Below, in pieces: positions 54,543 to 64,000 of a stretch of 64,000 nt of DNA (positions are counted from its first letter, which is position 1; each line of letters opens with the position of its first letter). Under the pieces are notes generated by a model, which worked only from the letters and a program-made list of their open reading frames with translations, searched no databases and was not told where the DNA came from. The position numbers and the translations under genes were made by a program. This DNA comes from Eledone cirrhosa (lineage: Eukaryota): NCBI GenBank assembly GCA_964016885.1, contig OZ024754.1:2852001-2916000 (forward strand), in the 5' to 3' direction.

Positions 54543-54888
54543 TAGTCTTCACATTTATTATTATTACTATATAGTCTTCACATTTATTATTATTACTATA
54601 TAGTCTTCACATTTATTATTATTACTATATAGTCTTCACATTTATTATTATTTCTATATAGTCTTCACATTTATTATTATTTCTATATAGTCTTCACATT
54701 TATTATTATTTCTATATAGTCTTCACATTTATTATTATTACTATATAGTCTTCACATTTATTATTATTTCTATATAGTCTTCACATTTATTATTACTATA
54801 TAGTCTTCACATTTATTATTACTATATAGTCTTCACATTTATTATTATTTCTATATAGTCTTCACATTTATTATTATTACTATATAGT
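54543..54888. repeat. 26-29-bp minisatellite, ~12 copies
   Basis: Unit agtcttcacattt(att)n(a/t)ctatat. Confidence 0.93.
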
Positions 54889-54998
54889 TCAAATCCTGCC
54901 AAGATTAACTTTGCCTTTCATCCTTACGGGGTTGATAAAATAAGGTACCAGTAATGTACTTGGTAATTGCTGGCCTTGTGCCAATAGTAGAAACAATT
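54887..54998 (+). mobile_element. SINE family 1, 5'-truncated at the B-box
   Basis: gttcaaatcctgccaagattaactttgcctttcatcc...ccttgtgccaatagtagaaac. Confidence 0.82.
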
Positions 54999-55022
54999 AT
55001 TACTATATATATATATATATAT

Positions 55023-55234
55023 ATTGCTTCCACCAAATACGATCCGCACATCTACGCGCATATATATATATATACGAGTACATTATATATATATATACGA
55101 GTACATTATATATATATATACGAGTACATTATATATATATATAACGAGTACATTATATATATATATACACGAGTACATTATATATATATATATATATGCG
55201 CGTAGATGTGCGGCTTGTAATTGGTGGAAGCAAT
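55023..55234. repeat. Inverted repeat (~40-bp arms) enclosing five (TA)n-cgagtacat units
   Basis: attgcttccaccaaatacgatccgcacatctacgcgcata / tatgcgcgtagatgtgcggcttgtaattggtggaagcaat, 3 mismatches. Confidence 0.85.
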
Positions 55235-55410
55235 TGGAAAAGAGAGATTGTTATGAAGAACTCCGCTTCCTTAAGAACTCCACTTCCTTTAGAAATGGTC
55301 GTAGATTACGAAAGACTCTTTGTGCTTCATTGAAAACTATCTTGACCATCTATGGCTAAATTCTAACAGATAATAACAGCAATTGGGGGATTACATTCGA
55401 CTTTGGATTG

Positions 55411-55523
<113 letters not shown>

Positions 55524-55582
55524 GTATATATATATATAGAGAGAGAGAGAGTATATATAGAGTGAGAGAAAGAGAGAAAACG

Positions 55583-55639
<57 letters not shown>

Positions 55640-55687
55640 TGGGGGGGGAGAGAGAGTATATATAGAGTGAGGGAAAGAGAGAAAACG

Positions 55688-55726
<39 letters not shown>

Positions 55727-55786
55727 AAACGTATATATATATATAGAGAGAGAGAGTATATATAGAGTGAGAGAAAGAGAGAAAAC

Positions 55787-55856
<70 letters not shown>

Positions 55857-55940
55857 AGAGAGTATATATAGAGTGAGGGAAAGAGAGAAAACGTATATAT
55901 ATATATATATATATATATAATACAAGGATGATTGGTATGA

Positions 55941-55971
<31 letters not shown>

Positions 55972-56651
55972 TACATATATATATTCCTTTATGTCTGGTT
56001 AATTACTAATCTTACCCTCCCCCCCCTCCTAATCAGTCGGTCAATGTCAAAATGTCAAGTTATCGTAATTCATAATTCTAAAACTCATTGCCCATGTTAG
56101 CAGCCACACACACAGATACATACACACACACACAGCCACACACACACACACAGCCATACACACACACATATATATATAAGCACACAGGCATACATATATC
56201 TACACAGATATATATATATACATACATATATTCACACATATATATATACAATTATATCAATCTATAATCATGCATCGTCCAATGGTTTCACTAATGTCAT
56301 CGATGTAATGTAATAAGTTATTGATGAAAGTGAAGATGTTTATATAATCACTACAGCAGTGTGTATATATATATATAGTGTATAGTGTATAGTGTATATA
56401 TATAGTGTATAGTGTTGGTACATATGTGTGTTTATATAATCACTACAGCAGTGTGTGTATATATATAGTGTGTAGTGTGTATAGTGTATATATGTGTCTT
56501 TATGTAGTCACAACAGCAGTGTGTATATATATAGTGTATAGTGTGTATAGTGTATATATGTGTCTTTATGTAGTCACTACAGCAGTGTGTATAGTGTATA
56601 TATGTGTCTTTATGTAGTCACTACAGCAGTGTGTATATATATATATATATA

Positions 56652-56828
56652 TGGCCTAGTGGAGGAGGGTGGCCTAGTGGTGAGGGTGGCCTAGTGGAGG
56701 AGGGTGGCCTAGTGGTGAGGGTGGCCTAGTGGTGAGGGTGGCCTAGTGGTGAGGGTGGCCTAGTGGAGGAGGGTGGCCTAGTGGAGGAGGGTGGCCTAGT
56801 GGTGAGGGTGGCCTAGTGGAGGAGGGTG
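56652..56828 (+). repeat. 17/18-bp G-rich minisatellite, ~10 copies
   Basis: Unit tggcctagtgg(t/ag)gaggg. Confidence 0.93.
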
Positions 56829-56959
56829 TTGGCCTTACGATAGACAAACGGACACAGAGATAGATAGACATATAGATAGCTAAATAGACAGATAATTATG
56901 GAAGGAAAATGAAATATATATACACATACAAGCACACACACACATATAAATATATATAT

Positions 56960-56996
<37 letters not shown>

Positions 56997-57579
56997 CACA
57001 TACACACACATATATTCTGCCAATCCAATTCACTGTCCTTAAGAGAGAGAAGAGCAGATAAAAACTGGAAAAAAAAAAAAAAAAAAAAAAAAAGGATAAA
57101 AAAAGAAAACGGGAAAAGAAAATAAGGCTTTGAGAGAGATTACTGATGCTTGAAATATTTGCAATAAATGAATTTTTATTAAATGATCTGTTGTTTGGTT
57201 TGTCGTTTAAAATATTTCGTTGTTATCATATCTAGGCCTTTCACCGATCTTTAGAGGATATGTTGAGTCTATCTCCTTCATAAAACATATCAATCAACGG
57301 AGACTACTAAATATTCATTCATTGACAAGTTGAATCTAGAAATATTATTTATTTCAAACGATGTAAACAGCATTTGAAGTTTCATCTTCAGAAATTGGCA
57401 ACTTTTGAAGTTTTCAAACTATCACAATTGACAAAACAACAAAAATCTTTCAGTTTAAAAAGAAATTTAAAATGGAATCGATAAACAAAATGAAAAAAAA
57501 ATTAAGAACGGCTTCACATAGCTTTTGTCTCCATGTTTGATTTTAAATACCTAAAATATATATATATATATATATATAT

Positions 57580-57773
57580 AACGAAGGAAATGTGGTAAGG
57601 AACCAAGTGGACCATAACGCACCAAAATACTCAATACTTAGGGTAGTAGAGTGGGTAATAGGAACGAGTAGGACCCCGACGGCTGAGCTCAAGCCGTTTC
57701 GACGGCTAATTCTGGACAGAATTAGCCGTCGAAACGGCTTGAGCTCAGCCGTCGGGGTCCTACTTGTTCCTAT
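57580..57773 (-). mobile_element. Family C mini-element with 57-bp palindrome arms and a 2-nt loop
   Basis: Arms 57658-57714 and 57717-57773 differ at one position and contain GAA ACGGCT tgagctc AGCCGT C. Confidence 0.85.
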
Positions 57774-57808
57774 ATATATATATGTATATATGTATATGTA
57801 TATATATG

Positions 57809-57854
<46 letters not shown>

Positions 57855-58148
57855 AATATTTAATAAATGTATTTGAACATTTTTAATTAAAAAGGGAGGG
57901 GGAGGATTAATAGATTAATTAATAACTAAATTAATAAAATCAATCTACCAATCCAACAGTTTAAATTTGCCTTTAAAGATTTGAATTTAAATTTAAAATT
58001 TAATTGTAAATTTATATTTGTCATATCTTTAATAATCAAAGTTGGGCGGAGTGTTCCTAGGTCAATCCCCCCTCTCTCTCTCTCTTTCTTACACATTTCC
58101 TGTCTATATATAGTTAGATAGATAGATAGAAAATAGAGATGTGTATTT

Positions 58149-58198
<50 letters not shown>

Positions 58199-58656
58199 GT
58201 GTGTGTATATATATATATATATAAATAAAGTTCTATGTATGTATATATGGATATATATATATGCATAAATATAAGGTATTATGTGTATATATATGGGGAA
58301 GGGGGTAGCCACCCCTACACATCCATATTTGCATGTGTAAAATAATTGGGCACAATGCGAGAGAAAACTTTAAAAAAAACCGCCATGCTCAGATTTCTCT
58401 TCCTAATGTCCACACTTAGAAGAACATAACGATGTAGTCTTTGATCAATTATAGCTTAATTGTCAATTAATTGTAGAACTGTTTAATTACATACATATAT
58501 ATATATATATACATGCATACATACATACATACATATATACATATATACACACATATATAGACACATACGAATTAATAAATTTTTGAGCTTATTTTTCTAA
58601 TCTCAAATTGTAATTTATAAATGTATCATGTTTAATTACTATATACTTGAGCAAAT

Positions 58657-58714
<58 letters not shown>

Positions 58715-58740
58715 TATATACATGCGCACGCACATACACA

Positions 58741-58779
<39 letters not shown>

Positions 58780-58784
<5 letters not shown>

Positions 58785-59016
58785 AAAAAGTATGACCCCG
58801 ACGGCAGAGCTCAAGCCGTTTCGACGGCTATTTTTTGACTAAATTAGAATTTTTACCAGACTAAAAATTCTAATTTAGTCCAGAAATAGCCGTCGAAACG
58901 GCTTGAGCTCTGCCGTCGGGGTCATACTTTTTTCCTATTACCCACTCTACTACCCAAAGTATTGAGTACTCTGGTGCGTTATGGTCCATCTGGTTCCTTA
59001 CCACAACTCCTTCGTT
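58780..59016 (+). mobile_element. Family C mini-element with ~76-bp palindrome arms and tail
   Basis: Arms 58780-58855 and 58862-58938, then tail attgagtactctggtgcgttatggtcc. Confidence 0.85.
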
Positions 59017-59114
59017 ATATATATATATACATTTTTGTACAAGTTGTAAACGTTATGTATACTTATATATAAATCTATATATACACATGTACATGCACAC
59101 ATATACACGCACTC

Positions 59115-59163
<49 letters not shown>

Positions 59164-59241
59164 GAACAAAAAACAGAAAAACGAAGAAGCAGTACAAATA
59201 ATATTAGTATTAGTTTCACGCTTGAGAGTGGGGTATGAGGG

Positions 59242-59283
<42 letters not shown>

Positions 59284-59415
59284 CATAAACAGAGAAAGCC
59301 TTAAGTGATACTCTGACCAACTCCATCTCACTCAACAAACATTAGGATATACTTAAGTATTATCCCAATTTAGTGTCTGGGGTGCTAACTAATCAGTATT
59401 TCGTGAAGACCAAAA

Positions 59416-59635
59416 GTCATTATTGAAACTCTCTGGATTTCGCAAAATACATATTTTTTTATTGGAGAAAGTAAGATATTTTCCGCAAAAATTTGATTGC
59501 ACTGTTTTGTTTCCACTTATGTATTTATTGAAAATGTTTTTTATTCATTATAATCATTAAATGATAGCATTCTATATGTAGGTGGGCCCTCTTCATCTCC
59601 TGACAACCAATATTTTTAGACCCAGTCCGCCACTG
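59416..59635. mobile_element. 3' portion of the hAT-like element
   Basis: Homologous to 18882-19096; ends ccagtccgccactg. Confidence 0.75.
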
Positions 59636-59820
59636 TATATATATATATATATATAATGCCAATCATTGTAATTTTGAATCTAACTGACATGCAAAAACAT
59701 ATATATGAATAAGGTAAGCCCAAATTCAAATATCACAAAGAGAAAGTGAGGGGGAGAAATGAGGTGCAACAGAAATGAAACATGGATTACAGGTTAAAAT
59801 ATAGTCTAGATAGATGTGAA

Positions 59821-60584
59821 ACAAAACGAGGATGTAGTTTATGGAACACCCAAATGATTTAGAAGTCGACCTTAAGTAGGAGCAATAACATTAGGAAAGA
59901 CATGAACGACACCACGAAGATTTTGAAAGTAGGTTTATATGTATGAATTTTCTGTAGATTTACATAGTTGTCTCTGTGGCCTAGCGGTAAGTACTGGAGA
60001 TCCTGGTCTTGGGTTCAATCCTGGTCGAAAGATGCATGTAACCTTTTTTTCAGTTTTTATTTTATATCCCATAGAAAAAAATTGAAAAGGTTTACCGGGA
60101 GCCCTACTCCCGACGAGGATCGAACTTCAGACCTGGATCACCAGCGTCTATGATTCTTCCAACTGGGCCACAGAGACAGCTACAAAAGTACAATGAAAAT
60201 TAATAATTATAAACCTACTTTCAAAATCAAAGTTAAAAAGATGCGGTGTCGTTCATGGATTTCCTAGAGCTGTTAGTAATATTTAGAGTCGACTTGGCAA
60301 TTTTCTGGCTCTTTGGTAACAGGCATAGGAATAATAAGGTTGTTACCAAAGAACCAGAAGATTGCCAAGTCGACCCTAAATATTACTAATAGCTCTCGGA
60401 AGGCCTTTGATTTTGAAGTAGGTTTATAATTATTAATTTTCATTATACATTTGTAGCTGTCTCGGTGGCCTAGTTGGATGAAACATAGACGGTGGTGATC
60501 TACGTCTGAAGTTCGATCCGCGTCGGGAGTAGGGTTCCCAGGTAAACCTTTTCAGTTTTTTTCTATGGGATATAAAATAAAAAC
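59821..60584. mobile_element. Second copy of the tRNA-like foldback, with an additional inverted arm
   Basis: 59821-60295 is homologous to 18384-18878. 60053-60321 is mirrored by 60341-60584. Confidence 0.8.
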
Positions 60585-60751
60585 CTTTTGATCAGGATTG
60601 AATTGATCATTGAAACAATTGTAAATAAAACCCTTTTTTGTACAGCCGACCTTGTTACTTTTCACTCTTTCACTATCTATATATATATATATAACCAAAA
60701 TTTCTGCCCGAATGAACGGACGTGGCATGGTCACTTTAAACCTGGCGGAGC

Positions 60752-60790
<39 letters not shown>

Positions 60791-60877
60791 TCTCCTTCTC
60801 TCTCTCCAGGTCCGAGCACAGTCGGTTTCGTCCAGAGAATGACAGAAAGTAAGCGAGGTGGGTGGGGAATAGACACC

Positions 60878-61028
60878 AGTACTGGACTGATAGTTTTTTT
60901 ATCAACCGAGAAAAGATGAAAAGAAAAGTTGTAATTCAGCAGAAATTTGTACTCGGGATGTAAGAACCGGAAGTAACTCCACAAAAGCAGTCAATCCGAC
61001 ATTCTAACGACTCCACCAATTCACCACC
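60878..61028 (-). mobile_element. SINE family 1, old diverged copy
   Basis: tttttatcaaccgagaaaagatgaaaagaaaagt...ccgacattctaacgactccaccaattcaccacct. Confidence 0.6.
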
Positions 61029-62008
61029 TATGTAGGTATCCCTTTATAGGAGAGAGAGAGAGAGAGATTGAGAGAGAAAAGACGCGGTAGATGCATATTA
61101 TGAGAGAGAGAGAGAGAGAAAACACGCGGTAGATGCATATTATAAAAGAGATCGAAAGAGAGAAAGAGAAGGATTGAGAGAGAGAGGAAAGACGTGGTAG
61201 ATGCATATTATAAGAGAGTGTGTGTATGTATGTGTGAGAGAGAGCGAAAGAGAGACAGAAAGTGAGAGAAAGAGTGCGAAAGAGAGTGATCGAAAGAGGG
61301 AGAAAGTAAAGTAAAGAGAGAAATTGCTAGATTCACTCTCTGATGTCAAAGTGTTGATTTTTATCTGAATTTATGTCTCTAGTTTCCCTTCCTTTCTTTT
61401 CTCCTTCCCTTCCTTTCTTCTTTCCTTTTATGGCTTCTTTCTTTCTATCTTTCTCTTCTCATAATTTTATAATAAATACAAACAAATAGAAATCACTTTG
61501 ACATTAAATTACAATCCCCCCTTCTATCTCATTGTATATATACATATATATAGACATATATACATACATGCATATATATATATACATATATATACATGCA
61601 CACATAACACATATACATACATACATATACACATACATATGTATAGATACAATCATACACATGCATATACACACATACATATGTATAGATACAATCATAC
61701 ACATATTATATATATATATACATACATATAGACATAAATACATACATGCAGACATAAATACATACATGCATATATATATATACATGCATACATACATATA
61801 CACAATCACACATACACACACACATATATATATATAATGAATTTGTAGTTTACTTGAAGCATTGTGTATGGCATAAAGAATTTTTTATTATATATATTTT
61901 TTTTTCTAGTGTTACTTTATAATTGATAACCCCTCCCTCTTACTTTCTCTTTGATTTGATTTTTTTATTCGCATATATTTTTTTCATTTTTTCATTTTTC
62001 ATATTTTA

Positions 62009-62039
<31 letters not shown>

Positions 62040-62507
62040 CGACCTTCAGCCTGACACTGCTTTGACTGATACACTCCCTTCCCTGTATATACCACATGCA
62101 TGTATGTGGTTGCGCGTGTGTGTGTTTATACGCGTGCTTTCATACTTGTATGTGTATATATTTCAATCCTTAGTCCCTGAGTCTGTATGTACGCTAACTC
62201 TATTATCTTACAATTTCTTTTTTCAACATATATTATATACGTATTTGTGGTCACACATACACTGATATGCTTGCCCTCATGTATGTACTTACGCACACAT
62301 TTTTTCACTATACACATGCATTTGTACATACACACATATGTACATTTGTAGGTGTATATACACACATTTATACACATACCCTTACTATATTTCCTTATTT
62401 TATTTTTTATATATCTCTTGCATTACTTTTATTTATATATATTTTTTGACCGTTAAACTTTTGCCTTTCTTGAGATTTTTCAAATAGTTCACTATGTTTT
62501 AAATTGC

Positions 62508-62677
62508 CCTGTCCGACGAACGAATGAGGACGTTTCTTGTATTCGTCTTATTCGGGAAACCTCTGGTAATGAGGTAATTATATTGTATTGTTTATTATAC
62601 ATTAAATTTAGCTCTGTCACTTACATAGAGCACTCTTCACTCCTATGACTTTTTCAATTTGCAACGGAAACTTCAAT

Positions 62678-62680
<3 letters not shown>
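62508..62680 (+). mobile_element. Penelope-like fragment with a CCGACGA hammerhead variant (62513-62576)
   Basis: CCGACGA a cgaatgaggacg...cgtcttattcg g GAA ACCTC tggtaat GAGGT A. Stem II is 11 bp, stem III is 5 bp, stem I is weak; tail contains tagagcac. Confidence 0.55.
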
Positions 62681-62721
<41 letters not shown>

Positions 62722-63200
62722 AATTATATATATAGAAAGCTAGAGATAGATACTAAAAGATAAATACAAAGGTAGAGATACGTTATGAAAGATAGATAGA
62801 AAGATAGACAGATATAAGGATGTGAATATTTAAGGGAGTATATATATAAAGAGATAGATAGAAAGCTTTATTTAAGGGGTATTTAATTGGTATAAGACTT
62901 GAGTCTTTATGAATAAACAACTTCAATGTCTTTCATTTCTTTTGATGATTTCAAAATCCTTTTAATTGCTTAATTATAATTATTATTTAAATAAAAATAT
63001 TCATTTATCATTTTCTTTATTAATTAATTATTTTTGTAATAATAAATTCTAATTATTTTAGCACCAATATTTGTCAAAATATATTTGTCCATTTGTCCAA
63101 AGATTGCATTGTAAGGTGGAGGGACCTCAGTCAGTTTCGACGACGACTGTTCCAGTTGATTAAAATGACAAATAAACTATTATAGTCGTGTTCATGTTGC

Positions 63201-63478
63201 TCTTTTTCTTTTTCTTCGTCTTCTTCTTGAGGTAGTCGTAGGGCCAGAGCCCTAAAAACACTCCTTCCAGCTGGACCTGACAGAAGCAACCGTGACCAGC
63301 CAAGCTCATGAATGTTATCCAAGCATCTTGCTCAGGATCTACCACTGGGTCTCTTTCCAGTTGGTTTTGCCCATAAAATCTGTCCAGTGATTCTTTCCTG
63401 AGACATTTTAACCACATAGTATCAGAGCTGTGATCTCTCAATACAGAGAAGTAGCAGCTCTATCTGGAGTGACTCTCC
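63201..63478 (-). mobile_element. RTE-clade LINE 3' fragment
   Basis: Minus frames give IERSQL...VVKMSQERITGQILWAKPTGKRP and DNIHELGWSRL, ending in a (GAA)-rich tail. Confidence 0.75.
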
Positions 63479-64000
63479 AGTGATTCTTTCCCCCCGAGAC
63501 ATTTTAACCATATGCCCATAGTATCAGAGCTGTGATCTCTCAATTTGGAGAAGTAGCAGCTCTACCTGGAGTGACTCTCCAGTGATTCTTTCCCCTCGAG
63601 ACATTTTAACCATATGCCCATAGTATCAGAGCTGTGATCTCTCAATTTGGAGAAGTAGCAGCTCTACCTGGAGTGACTCTCCAGTGATTCTTTCCCCCGA
63701 GACATTTTAACCATATGCCCATAGTATCAGAGCTGTGATCTCTCAATTTGGAGAAGTAGCAGCTCTACCTGGAGTGACTCTCCAGTGATTCTTTCCCCTG
63801 AGACATTTTAACCATATGCCCATAGTATCAGAGCTGTGATCTCTCAATTTGGAGAAGTAGCAGCTCTACCTGGAGTGACTCTCCAGTGATTCTTTCCCCC
63901 GAGACATTTTAACCATATGCCCATAGTATCAGAGCTGTGATCTCTCAATTTGGAGAAGTAGCAGCTCTACCTGGAGTGACTCTCCAGTGATTCTTTCCCC
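63385..64000. repeat. ~101-bp tandem repeat derived from RTE ORF sequence, running off the window end
   Basis: gagacatttt recurs at 63496, 63598, 63699, 63800 and 63901. The unit contains gagctgtgatctctcaatttggagaagtagcagctctacctggagtgactct, identical to ~11676-11727. Confidence 0.95.

Overview
Repeat-saturated, AT-rich eukaryotic non-coding DNA (intergenic or deep intronic). The repeat repertoire resembles an octopod cephalopod genome; this is an inference from recalled SINE/LINE motifs, not a database search. No host protein-coding gene, rRNA, intact tRNA or CRISPR array is supported. Nearly all listed ORFs are translations of micro- or minisatellites. The window holds very long simple repeats, about 12 minisatellites (17-101 bp units), about 20 tRNA-derived SINE copies, 3' fragments of RTE-, L1/Tx1- and CRE-like LINEs, and mariner-, piggyBac- and hAT-like non-autonomous DNA transposons. 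Main signal: at least 8 sequence-unrelated families of 100-330 bp elements, mostly in (TA)n tracts, that carry type I hammerhead ribozyme folds (CUGANGA/CCGANGA...GAAA, palindromic stem III). Many are arranged as copy-specific fold-back palindromes with a shared TNGAGYRC tail, consistent with Penelope-like pLTR or retrozyme-like mini-elements. Also notable: a foldback with convergent tRNA-like Pol III units inside a hAT-like element, a minisatellite of CTCF-like motifs, a minisatellite of SINE A-boxes and a 101-bp satellite derived from an RTE ORF. All folds, alignments and coordinates were worked out by eye and are approximate.
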